NCBI GenBank assembly: GCA_950097015.1 | Contig: CATNEN010000007.1 | Location: forward strand, 12,896,001-12,960,000 | Direction of reading: 5' to 3' | DNA: 64,000 nucleotides | From: Macrostomum hystrix | Taxonomy: Eukaryota > Animalia > Platyhelminthes | In this document: positions 41,939 through 52,973 of the stretch, piece after piece | Layout: each line of letters starts with the position of its first letter | How positions within the stretch are numbered: the stretch's first letter is position 1 | The notes under the pieces: generated by a model | The model's input: the letters and a program-made list of their open reading frames with translations, nothing else | The model's database searches: none | What the model was told of the DNA's origin: nothing | Position numbers and translations under genes: made by a program

Positions 41939-43002
41939 TTAGTCTGCGCCTGCGAACAGCGGCTCGGCGGCCAGCTTGCGCTGCTTGACGCGCATGCTGC
42001 GCTCCAGGTTGTTTTTCTTCTCAATCTCCAGGGCGAGGTCGCCCGCCTGCTCCCACTTGCAGGAATCCTCCATGAAGCTACATCGCTCCGTGCCCCATTC
42101 TGGGTAGACGTGCTCAATAGCGGTGGAAACGGGCAAGTTCCGCGGCTCAAGGATGCCCCGCAGCAGCCGCTGATTCGCCTGCTTCCACGGCGTTGTCTCA
42201 ATCGTCCTGGTCTTGCTCTTGCCTAAGGGTGAATGTAGGTACATGTCGCCCACCTTGGAGCACGTGGGTCCGGTGCGCTGGTAATTGAAGTATAAATCTG
42301 AGTTGTCAGGATAGGTTTCTTTCACGAAAAGGGCCACATGTGCCGCCTCTAAGTACGGCTTCCGGATCTTGTAGGGCGGGAACATCTTAATCATCAGGCG
42401 GTCGCACTGGTCGATTGCCATCAGGTTGGGGCCGCGCAGCGTCACTACCAGGTACTTTACCCAGCGATACAGGCCGATGCGGCGGTTCAGAATGCGCCTA
42501 GTCACCTCAATCTCACAGCCTGTCCTTATGGCAATGGAACGGAACTGGCCGGGGTCGATAAGGAAGGCCTCGACAACACGGTCCGTAAGCAGAACGACGA
42601 ACTCCCTGCGGGACACGTCAGCGAACACGTTCATACAGCCGATCACAATGCCCTCCTTTTCCATATGACCCATGTTTAGTTTCTTCTTGTCCGTCTTTTC
42701 TGCCTTTTTATCGTCGCCTAGGGCCGGCAGATCGTCCGCTTCATCTTCCGCATCGCCCTCATCGCCCTCGCCACCTTCTTCTCCTGTTTGTTCCTCGTCA
42801 GCAGAGGTGTTCGGTGTCTCCTGGTTTCCAGCCAGGCCATCGACAGAGTTCGAAGCACTGATCTCATTGCCAGAGGAGCTGCGACCTTCGACTCCGCCAC
42901 TTTCGTCCTTGTTCGTGTCGTTGGTGCCATCGTCGTCACTGGATTCTCGACTTAATTGGCGACGAGGTGTCAGGGCGGAAAGAGTTATAGCGTCACCAAA
43001 AT
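41939..43002 (-). CDS. Uncharacterised protein: acidic disordered N-terminal half plus divergent KH-like domain
   Basis: ORF of about 350 codons behind a strong acceptor (TTTGCTCTCAG, exon start 43002). IAIRTGCEIEV...VVTLRGPNLMAIDQC resembles a KH fold lacking GxxG. The 5' join is unresolved. Confidence 0.6.
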
Positions 43003-43111
43003 CTGAGAGCAAAGCTAAGTCAAAACAGCAGCACGAAAATGGTGACTTGTTATAAATAGCGCGTTACTCAACGAACAATATACAAAACAGGACTTTGAAT
43101 GCGGCACTCAC

Positions 43112-43626
43112 GCATTGGACACGTTGGAGTCGCTGTCCATGATGATGTTGATGTCCACCATGCCGTCTTGGTTCTTTTCTGCCGCCTTAAACTGTGTGAT
43201 GATTGTCGTCTGCTTGCCCTCCGCCTTGTGGCGCTGTATGTCCCGCAGGCCACCGGGCTTGGCGATGCCAAATGGGTTTTTGTTATTCGTGTTCTGGAGA
43301 AGACTGGAGAGAAGACGCGGCTGGAGAAGACTCTGCTGTGCCCGCTGCTCGTTTAGTATCCGCTCATGGAGGCAGCCGGCGGATTTCGTAATCTCTGCGA
43401 CGGCATCCGCTGTCCCAGACAAGCAGCTGGGCGGATTAACCGGCTGGGGCTTCTGGGTGGGCTCGGTAGCCTCGTTCGTCCACGGATTCCAATTGCGCAG
43501 GCTTCGTCTAGTGGCCCAGCCGCTGTGCAGGCCAGCCAGCTTCATTAGCTCCACAGAGCGGCCGACGAAGCGACGGTCAACTGCAGATGGGCTGCAGCTG
43601 GACTTGGAGCTGCAGTCGCTTTCCAT
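43112..43626 (-). CDS. Probable upstream coding exon or ORF of the uncharacterised gene
   Basis: 172 aa ORF ending at a GTGAGT donor (43111). Its phase does not match the strong downstream acceptor. Confidence 0.4.
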
Positions 43627-44011
43627 GCCTCGGGTGCAGGGCTGCCTTGGAAATGAAAGCTAAAGCAGACTCAACTCGCCAGGCTAATAATTTTTGGCAG
43701 TTCTAGCTTGGCTCGCTGCTCGGCTTTCTGCAGCGCAGCTCAGGACTTGTCTATGGCAAAAACAGCTGTCTGTTGGAAACCCGAACTAATTATTCGTAAA
43801 TTAACAAAAAGCTAAGAACCAAGAATGTACCTTTTGCTGTAAGCTTTCAATTTAATCATAGATATGAAAATCTGACAGAAATGATTGCCTATAAATCGCA
43901 GAACTTATGTGGCATAGCAGAACCCAATTTAATCCTGGCATCTATTTGATGCCTATCAAATTTCTATCTATTTCGCACGCCAAATGGTGCTGATTTTTAC
44001 TATTTTTCCAA

Positions 44012-46513
44012 CACTGTAAATCATAGAGGTCCAGACGAGGTCCGTATTAACAAATGCGGACCTTAGTCCTTGGAGGTCCAAAATTGTAAAATGTGCGGAA
44101 TTGGCTTGAAAGTGTCAATTCAGTTGCCTTTTATACCATTTGATCCTTAAATTGTATACTGGCACTGCGCATGCTACGTTGGTATGAATTTTTGCAAATA
44201 CTCAATGATTTGCAATGATTGTAAAGAAACGACAGAAAAGCTGTTTCGCTAAGGCAGTCCTTTTGAAGCTGTTTATCAAAATATTATTATTGCTTTATTG
44301 AGCAAGCAATGTACTTTGATTCAAGCGCCCAGATTACGGACATCTGCAGTGCGATTGTTGCCACGTATCCTGGTCTGCGAGATGGTAAAGGTGAAACGCA
44401 AGTTGTGAGCTTCCACTTCTGGCGAACAAAGATTTGCAGGAGGCTCAAGGAGCTGCGCAGCAGAATTTTGGTTGAGTACACCAGCCCAGTTGTCCAACAT
44501 ATGCGCAGCAAGCATGGGCACAAACGGTCGCGTCAAGCAAATGCTAGTGCTAAGGAGACCAAGAACAAGGAGAGCGACGAACAGGACAAGGAGAGCGACG
44601 AACAGGACAAGGAGAGTGACGAAGATGACAAGGAGAGCGACGACGATGGCGGTAACGAGGACGGAGATGCGGACAACAACCAAGACCAGCCGGCTTGCAA
44701 GCGTCGTAAGTGTAATGATGATGACGCACAGAGTGCCATGGCTAAAAGTGTGGACTTTGGGGATTGTGGAATCGATGTGCCCGACTTTCACGAGGCTCGG
44801 CGGGAGAAGCTAAACCGAGACTGCCACACATTCGCGATGCTTGAGGTTTTGAAGGAAATGGAGTCACTGTTTGCAGTTAGGATGATTAGATGTCAGGATC
44901 TAACTGTCGCTGAGGAGGTTCAACTCTACAAGCCACTCAATTTTGCGCCCGTCATCGAGCAAGAGGCTTTTCTGATGCTTGCAGCATACAGCAAGAATAA
45001 GACGGACTACGTACTTCCACCCAGTCCTTCTGACATTCGTACCAACGTGACAGGCGCTCTTCTCAGCATCTACGACAAGCGCAAAAACATGAAGAATTAC
45101 AAGCTATGTAAGAAGTACCTGGATGATGTTGATTCCGTTGAGGATAAGTTGCCTTTGGCTGTCTGCTTACTTCTCGGTCGTTTGAGGATCGACCCAGAGA
45201 AGATCTTCAGCAACGAGCTTCCAGTGAGGATTCTAAAGGACGGCGCAGACTGGCGTGGCGTGTTTGTGAATGGAGCGAGTCTCTTTTTCGACAGCAATGC
45301 TGACTCCGTCATCGTGTTTATTATCGTGTACATCGCGTTTAATCTGCAGCACGTCCCTCTTCTGGAACCCTTCCTGGAGACAGTGGAAGTGTTGTCGAGT
45401 CTTCGCCGAAGGTCTGCAGTGTCGTGTCTGGCTGCCAAAACTGTCATCGCTGCCTTTCGTTAACTGTATACATCTGGTGGCTTGACTATGACAACGACTA
45501 TGCGCTGCACTCTAAGTTCCCTGTTGCTTTTGTCTCCTTGGAAGGCAAGGCACACATTTGGTCTTTGGTTTCCATCTAAGCTGACTATGTCATGAAGTAC
45601 TTGATTACTAAGTCTTCAACACTTTTCCCAGAAATTTGTAGTAAGGATCAGATATGGAATGGTGTCTCATGGGGGGGGGGCTCAGCAGACTTTGGTATGA
45701 ATGCGTTTAGTTCTCTTATTAATGGAAGAAGAGGGGTGCTGCTTAATCAGTTGCTACATATGTAATGCTTAATCATCATTTTTTATGTATATTGCTTAGT
45801 CTGTGTGCTAATGCTGTTCATTATGTGTACTTATGCTGTTTATTATATAATGTACTAATGCTGCTTTTTTGTGTACTCATGCTGGTTTTTCTATCCACTT
45901 GTGCTGTTTTGTCTGTGTACTTATGCTGCTTAGTCTGTGTACTTATCCTGTGTACTAGCTTTTTAGACTATTATTAAACACACACTTACGACGAATACAC
46001 TGTGCGTTTTCAAATTTCAATTGACTATACCATTCAAGGATAACTAAGATGAAAGATAACGTCGCAAACAAAATTCCATGGTGCACTTTCCTCATTCTTT
46101 TTGAAGTTATGCAGTTTTGAGAGTTTCAAAATGTCTTGAGCATGCATTGTATACATTGTGACAACAAATTTCTGGTTTTCACTTGTGTATTAAATTTGTC
46201 ATTCAAGCAGAGACATTTTGACTGACATGATGGATTATTTATTTATAGATGTTAGGACCTACATTTCGGACCTCTTCTGGACCTGAAATTTGGACCTATC
46301 AATTCGGACCTCTTAGAATATGGACCCTTAAAGGTCCGTATATATCGACGCTGCGGATCTTAGAATTCGGACCCTTACCGGACCTGCAATATGGACCTTT
46401 CAATTCGGACGTCTTACAATATGGACCCTTAAAGGTCCGTATATATCGACGCTGCGGACCTTAGAATTCGGACCCTTTGCGGACCCTTTTTCGGACCTCT
46501 TTGAATTACAGTG
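44012..46513 (+). mobile_element. Non-autonomous EnSpm/CACTA (CMC) DNA transposon, 2502 bp
   Basis: TIRs CACTGTAAATCATAGAGGTCC versus the reverse complement of the right end CACTGTAATTCAAAGAGGTCC. 2 bp AA flanks on both sides. Dense subterminal GGACC/GGTCC repeats at 44026-44079 and 46254-46498. Confidence 0.85.
44309..45463 (+). CDS. EnSpm-associated accessory (non-transposase) protein, 384 aa, possibly 5'-truncated
   Basis: Intronless ORF inside the CACTG element. IVATYPGLRD...WRTKI and YIAFNLQH..LE resemble accessory ORFs of animal EnSpm elements. Internal 21 bp KESDEQD repeat. No DDE transposase motifs. Confidence 0.6.
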   Translation: MYFDSSAQITDICSAIVATYPGLRDGKGETQVVSFHFWRTKICRRLKELRSRILVEYTSPVVQHMRSKHGHKRSRQANASAKETKNKESDEQDKESDEQDKESDEDDKESDDDGGNEDGDADNNQDQPACKRRKCNDDDAQSAMAKSVDFGDCGIDVPDFHEARREKLNRDCHTFAMLEVLKEMESLFAVRMIRCQDLTVAEEVQLYKPLNFAPVIEQEAFLMLAAYSKNKTDYVLPPSPSDIRTNVTGALLSIYDKRKNMKNYKLCKKYLDDVDSVEDKLPLAVCLLLGRLRIDPEKIFSNELPVRILKDGADWRGVFVNGASLFFDSNADSVIVFIIVYIAFNLQHVPLLEPFLETVEVLSSLRRRSAVSCLAAKTVIAAFR

Positions 46514-47249
46514 AATAAGGTAGCAAAAAACACGATATTGCCTCTATTATAACGAAAAGCTATTGCTCGTACGAGTATCACGAGATTAAGAAGGCGAAAT
46601 AAATGTAGAGTTAAATTTAAAGGAGAAAGTGGAAAGTAATAAAGTTAGTATGTATTTTGGGCCGCGCCAATATACTCATACTGTAACTTTGATCTCAGGA
46701 CACTTCTCTATATATTATTGTCTTGCAACATAAAGTAGATTGGATTGTCCTAGCTGTAAGATATTAAAAGTCCGAGCCCGTGTTTATGATTTGTCTAATA
46801 AATGTATCTCTGATACTATTTTAAAATGCATTAAAAAATTAGCTTCGATTTTCTACTTCCGTTCTGCACTTTGGGCATATTAAGTTTTCATATGGGGTTT
46901 TATATGGGCCTCGCTTGATGAAAGTGCGAACGAGCCTTTAATGTAAGATGCGAAGTGTCCCACTTCTGTAAAAATGTGTGCAAAAGAAAAATAATATTCT
47001 GCAGAATATCATTGGTGCAGTCAAATATTGGAACGTGCATCGTGCGTTACGCTAATGAATTTCATTTTAATAGAAATTGTAACAGATGATGCGCGAAGAT
47101 TTGACAATGAATTACTAAATGAATGATGAATGAATTAGTTCAGTGGGTTTGCTCAGCGAGCTCTTGAAACATCCTCTGGTGTTAACCGAGCAGGTTGCAA
47201 CAGCAGGGCACACGAGTTCGTCGCGCAGAGTGAAAACCAGTGGAGCAGG

Positions 47250-49382
47250 CTACTCGGGAATCCACTTCTTGGCGCCGCCGGTGATGGTAGCCCACTCTCG
47301 AGGCTCGCTGATGTGCGGCGCCTTGCTGCAGCCGGGCGCCTTGGTGTCCGTCTGGCTGCAGCAAACCCACCGCCCGGCCATAATGGTGCCGCCAATGTAG
47401 TATGCGGAATGCTTTGCGCAGGACTCAGGACCTGCCGAGGTCGGGTCGTACTTTACCGAGCAGCGGCTGCAGATGCTGAACCGTTGAGTCCCCTTCAGCT
47501 CATGGATAACATCTTTCGCTGCACTAATGAGCCGCTCCAGCGTGTGGATCTCTTCGCATACGTCCTCCCGTCGGCGCAGTCGCTGCGCCTCGTGCGCCGA
47601 AACCTTCTTTACGGTCTCAATGATGCGCACCAGCCGCGGAATGCCGCCATCCAGTTGGGCTGCGTCGCTCATGCCAGTGAAGTGGATGACAACTGACCTT
47701 GCCATGAGGTCGGCCACCCAGTCCAGCGGTCGGACCGCCGGCTCCACCAGCAGGAAGAGCACTGGCCGATCTCTGCGCATCGCGTACTTCAGCTCCAGCA
47801 GGCAGTTGGCAGACTGCTGGTACTTGGCGGTGAGGAAGCAGACCAGCATTCGCGAACTCTCCACCGCCCTGGCCATGCTGTCGTTCACGTTCCCCTGCAT
47901 TCCGCCCCAGATGTCCATCCAGGCGTCAACATTGTAGACGCTGAGCTGCTCGCGGAAGGCTCGCACCAAGTCCTGTGAGTCCCATTGATAGGAAAGCATT
48001 GCGTCGAAACTGTGGACTATCGGCACACCGCGAGTGTCGAACAGCGGCTTCGGTGGCTCTATTGACAACCGCGTCACGCTGTACTGGATAATGTTATACG
48101 GCAGGCTTGCCTGTGTCTTCGGCTGGCTGTCCTCCACCGTCAGGTGCTTGAAGACTTGCGACAGCTCCTCGGAAGAAGAGTTTTCATGAGGAGGCCAGGT
48201 GCCTCCCAACTCAATCAGCTCTTTTTTGCAGGCCTCCACCTCCTCGGTCAAGGCTCGAATCTCAGCTGCCTCTGCCTCCTCTTCGGTCAGCCGTTCTTGC
48301 AGACCCGCCTGCACGGAAGCCACGAAGTCCTTCATCGGCGTAGAGTCATAGTGCTGCTCCATTGCGGCCGCCTCGTCAGACAGCTTATGGTAGAGCCGTC
48401 CAGCCACTGCAAGCGACAACCAGCCGGAGGGTCGCCACTTCTGAGCCTTCGGCACGGCTTTCACAGGCACGACTTCCTTGCGGCGCAGGCGGGCAAAGTC
48501 CAGGTCGTGCAGCGAGTCAGCGCTTGCCTCGTAGCCTGGCGACATAATGGCAACAAACACGCGACAGGCCTCGATGGCATCTCTGTTCCGACGGTCCGGA
48601 CGGCAGCGAACGGCGCCGGTAAGGTTGGCCTCAATTAGACGCACCGCCTGCTCGCCATCAGGTTGGAAAGACAGGAACACACCTGTCCCGCTTAATTTAT
48701 CGGCCGCTTCCGCTCCGGCTAGCTGTTTCTCGTCAGCGTCATCGGTTACGCCAGCGATTGCAGAGGCCGGCAATGGCTTTGCCTTGGAAGTCAGGTGCTT
48801 GACCACCTTGCTAGCCCAATCGACTGAGTCACCGACGCCGCTCAGGACGCAATCGTGCGCGGTGCCGATGGCTGCCAGAGCACCGCTGGGTTCGTAGAAC
48901 TTCTGCACAAGCAACACTGCAATCGGCAAGCCGCTTTCATGAATGAAATTCAGCAGCTCCATCAGGATGGGGCTCCGCTGCATTCGCGCCTCGGCCAGTA
49001 CAAGCGACCCTCCGCTCGCCTGCACGAGCCGGGCACGGGCTCGAAGACTGCGTGGCGTAGCCTCCGTGGCCTCCGTGCAGACGATGCTGCCGCTGCTCAC
49101 CGCCTGAAGCTTCTCAGCCGCTGCTGCCAGCCACTGGCGGCTGGTGGAGAGGCCGCAAACCAGCACTGGGAGCTTCTGCTTGGCACTGCCCTCTCGCTTG
49201 GATGCGCTGTACATGATTGCTGGGGCTGCTGGCTGAGCTGGTTGTGAGATTCAGAAATGCAACTCTGTGTTACGTCTGTCTATTTAAGGGCATTGTGTGT
49301 GGGAGCGATTCACAAGCTTACCTCTGATTCTCTTTTCTCTTTCTTCCTCTGCTCTGTTGCCATAGTAACGCAGACGAGCCAT
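47250..49382 (-). CDS. Multi-TIR (TIR_2-type) protein with coiled coil and C-terminal BTK-like Cys/His zinc motif, about 682 aa
   Basis: Exons 49382-49322 and 49237-47250 close in phase; further 5' exons are possible. TIR3 is FDAMLSYQWDSQ...WMDI...MARAVESS...YQQSANCLLELKYA. TIR2 is VFLSFQ...IMSPGYEAS...DLDFA...PSGWL. TIR1 is degenerate. The tail is CSRC...HSAYYIGG...GRWVCCSQ...GC...H. Confidence 0.85.
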
Positions 49383-49701
49383 GCCGGGGTAGAATGAACC
49401 CTGATAGCTGCATTGTGCACATAGCAGTGTACTCTGGGGAGGGGAACTACAGAAAGAAGTGCACAGTGGGCTCGCTGGGTCATTTGAATGTGGGGTGTGC
49501 GACCCTCCTGTGGCCTCTTCTGTACAATTCTTTGCTAGCATTTTTCCAGGAGTCCTCAGTACATAATTTAAAGTGAGTTCTGGCTGCACTCTATTTTTAG
49601 ATTCATAGTAAAATTAGTTTTGGTGTCGCGTCTTACTTTATATTAAACAGGTTCTTTTTTACACTTTTTGTAGCTATTAGGAGCTATTTTGTAGCTATTT
49701 C

Positions 49702-49828
49702 GTATCTGTGTGCGCGTATGCTCAGAAGTCCACGAAACGGGCAGAATTGCCTCCTCGGTGACTGCGGGTCCACTATCACCAAATATTGAACCAATACCCT
49801 TGCAGCCCACGTACAATTTTTTTTATTA
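49702..49828 (+). mobile_element. Diverged 3' fragment of the same tRNA-derived SINE family
   Basis: TATCTGTGTGCGCG...GCTCAG...GAAACGGGCAGAATTGCCTCCT...GCAGCCC...CAATT resembles 59196-59310. Confidence 0.7.
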
Positions 49829-50022
49829 ACAAAGGACTGGACCAGATGACCGACAAAGTTCTTCCTTACGAGCGACTTGTCATTTTTTAGATTAGGAAAG
49901 CTAGTGAACAAACATTTCGCACTGCTCTCTGATTATTTTAACTATCTTCGAAGTGGCTGAGAATGCGTCGTCTTAACTTTTTGGACTTTAAACGGATCCT
50001 GGTTAGCCTTTTCTCCTTGTCC

Positions 50023-50308
50023 CAGGATCATGGGCACTGGGTGCACCCGATGTACTCAGTGAGGTCACAGGATCATGGACACTAGGTGCACCCGATGTAC
50101 TCAGTGAGGTCACAGGATCATGGACACTGGGTGCACCCGATGTACTCCGTGAGGTCACAGGATCATGGACACTGGGTGCACCCGATGTACTCAGTGAGGT
50201 CACAGGATCATGGACTCTGGGTGCACCCGATGTACTCCGTGAGGTCACAGGATCATGGACACTGGGTGCACCCGATGTACTCCGTGAGGTCACAGGACCA
50301 TGGGCACT
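50023..50308. repeat. 45 bp tandem repeat, about 6 copies
   Basis: Unit CAGGATCATGGACACTGGGTGCACCCGATGTACTCAGTGAGGTCA; period 45. Confidence 0.95.
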
Positions 50309-51115
50309 TTCATTTCCCTGACGTGCATCTGAATCACTACAGGTAATGAGCTACAAAATGAACTGATGGCGAAAGCAAAAGCTTTTGTAGCAGGTCAAGG
50401 AACCTTGTGCATCACTCGCATAATTACTTTTGTCTTTTGGATTAGTGTTAGCCTCGTGCTCTAATTTTTTCTCTGGGCCTTCTCACTGCACTGTAACTCT
50501 ATAGATAGTTGGTGACCCGTTGACTGGGCTAAGATGCTTTGTGTTCGCAGCACTAGCAGCAGCTTCCCAAGCTTCTAGTTCGATTGGGTCGGCGGCCCAT
50601 AATTGGACAGTCTATGTTTAGAAATAATACAATGTAATGTACCTTTTGTATGTTCATGAAATTCGCTGTTCAATTTAGGAATTACGAAAAATGCCGTCTT
50701 TAAAGGGAACGACTGTAAAAATACGGAAAATGTAGCATACCAAAAACCTGTAAGAGCGCGTAAAGACTAAAAAACTCAAATAGCTCGTAACTCATCGAAT
50801 GCTGATGCTGATGCTGATCTGTGCGCCACTCAAGTACAAACCCGTTGGCTTTATTTCGTCATATTATCGTTCGAAAGAAGAAATGAATAAAATTATAAAA
50901 ATAATCTGTTAGTTGCAGAGAGGGGCGTACGTGCAGCGCAGCATTTTTTGCCGAAAATTAGAACTTGAATTTTCAAAGTCTTTTAAGGAAAAAGAACGAA
51001 TAGTGACAGCTTATCGTTGTTTCTTAGCTCCAGGCTCCAGATCCGTCAGCTTTCCAACATGATCACTTCTTGCTCGTCCGGCTGCTGCCCTTCAGCCGCC
51101 CCATCGTCGATGTCA

Positions 51116-51760
51116 TTCAGGCACCTTGTGCAGCACCCGGCCTGTTCCGTGGCAGCCAGGCATCTTGAGCAGCATCCGCCCTGTTCCGTGGCAGTCAGGC
51201 ACCTTGAGCAGCATCCGGCCTGTTCCGTGGCAGTCAGGCACCTTGTGCAGCACCCGGCCTGTTCCGTGGCAGCCAGGCACCTTGTACAGCACCCGGCCTG
51301 TTCCATGGCAGTCAGGCACCTTGAGCAGCATCCGCCCTGTTCCGTGGCAGTCAGGCACCTTGTGCAGCACCCGGCCTGTTCCGTGTCAGTCAGGCACATT
51401 GAGCAGCATCCGGCCTGTTCCGTGTCAGTCAGGCACCTTGAGCAGCATCCGGCCTGTTCCGTGGCAGCCAGGCACCTTGTACAGCACCCGGCCTGTTCCG
51501 TGGCAGCCAGGCACCTTGTACAGCACCCGGCCTGTTCCGTGGCAGCCAGGCACCTTGAGCAGCATCCGGCCTGTTCCGTGGCAGCCAGGCACCTTGTGCA
51601 GCACCCGGCCTGTTCCGTGGCAGCCAGGCACCTTGTACAGCACCCGGCCTGTTCCGTGGCAGCCAGGCACCTTGAGCAGCATCCGGCCTGTTCCGTGACA
51701 GCCAGGCACCTTGTGCAGCACCCGGCCTGTTCCGTGGCAGCCAGGCACCTTGAGCAGCCG
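51116..51760. repeat. 39 bp tandem repeat, about 16 copies, overlapping the 3' end of the membrane-protein gene
   Basis: Unit AGGCACCTTGTGCAGCACCCGGCCTGTTCCGTGGCAGCC. Confidence 0.95.
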
Positions 51761-52190
51761 GCACATATAGCGTGATATCGAACAGGGCTAAAGCCATTGC
51801 CAGCTTGTAGAGCGGCTCAAAACAATACGTGCTGTTAACAGAATACGCTGGGACGAGCGTCGGAACGACGCTGAAAACAGCTATTAGACCCACGGTGAGT
51901 GAGCCTATGTTAAGGAGCAAAATCATCAGCCATAGCGAGCCAAGGGCAAAATCACAACAGCTCTTAGTCGAGGCACCATTAAATTTACATTTATAAAAGG
52001 CTATGCATACGTAGAAGAAAAGAAAAAGCAAGAAGATCATGCCAGACTTTGTTAAGTAACCGGCAATTCCGGGCTGCACGGGACAATCGGCGGCGTGGAT
52101 CGCGCCCATCGCAATCGCCGCTACGCTCAGAACCAATTTTGCAACGGCTAAACCTGTGAGCAGCATGCAGGAAGCTGACTTTAAGGCCAT
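51429..52190 (-). CDS. Four-TM membrane protein, TMEM272-like; C-terminus uncertain
   Basis: Four hydrophobic segments with MGAIHAADCPVQPGIAGYL and YCFEPLYKLA, resembling the TMEM272 family pattern. The ORF runs into the 39 bp array. Confidence 0.65.
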   Translation of the reverse strand: MALKSASCMLLTGLAVAKLVLSVAAIAMGAIHAADCPVQPGIAGYLTKSGMIFLLFLFFYVCIAFYKCKFNGASTKSCCDFALGSLWLMILLLNIGSLTVGLIAVFSVVPTLVPAYSVNSTYCFEPLYKLAMALALFDITLYVPAAQGAWLPRNRPGAAQGAWLSRNRPDAAQGAWLPRNRPGAVQGAWLPRNRPGAAQGAWLPRNRPDAAQGAWLPRNRPGAVQGAWLPRNRPGAVQGAWLPRNRPDAAQGA

Positions 52191-52615
52191 CCTGGCTTTG
52201 CCTTTAAAGCTGATTCTTTAAAGCAGATATTTATTGAATGCTTTCAGCCTAACACGAAATTAAGATTGGCTACTTAAATGATCTTGTATTCGAATGGAAC
52301 TTAAACAAGGTACTTTCAAGTGCGACAGTGCTACTTTGAGATCTTACCCCACGAGGGCACAAAGAGAAGATTGAATTTTTTAGGCTCTTACTAGAACTTA
52401 TCACTCGCTGAGCCTTATAATCAAATCAGAGACATTATACGACTCCACAGTACATTTGAATCTCGCGGTTCGATGCGCTTCCATTGTTGAATGGTCGCTC
52501 AAACAGGGTCAGATAGTACTGCGCCTGCCACTGATCTATGACTTGTTGACCCTAGACCTAGATGTTCAGACGCTCGTGTTTGCTAAAGTTGCGATTGAAG
52601 CTGGCTGTGGTGGAA

Positions 52616-52973
52616 TAATAATAATAATAATTGCAGGAGGGCTGCGGGCAATGACACATAGTTTGGTGACACTAGACCCGCAGCCAGCGAGGAGTCAATT
52701 CTGCCCATTTCGCTGACTCCTGAGCACACACGCACACAGATACCGTACGCAGGCATACGCTCACACAGGTGTGTACATCTGCCCTGACTTTCTCATCGTC
52801 AGGCAGTGTACACTCGAACTGTGCCTTGGAGGTTGGCCCTCAAGGGCGTAAATTGCACGACAAGCCCCCAAGCCTTCTCTCCGCGGCTGCGCCCCAAATA
52901 TATGGGGCCTCGCCGTGGAATCGAACTTAGGGACTGTGGTGCGAGTGGCAAACGCGTTAACCGCTCTGCCACC
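52616..52973 (-). mobile_element. tRNA-derived SINE (main part); its first 7 nt lie at 57602-57608 beyond the inserted LTR element
   Basis: Minus strand reads GGTGGCAGAGCGG (A box)...GTTCGATTCC (B box)...(ATT)n tail. 13 bp TSD GGCTGTGGTGGAA at 52603-52615 and 57609-57621. Near-identical to the copy at 58957-59318. Confidence 0.9.
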
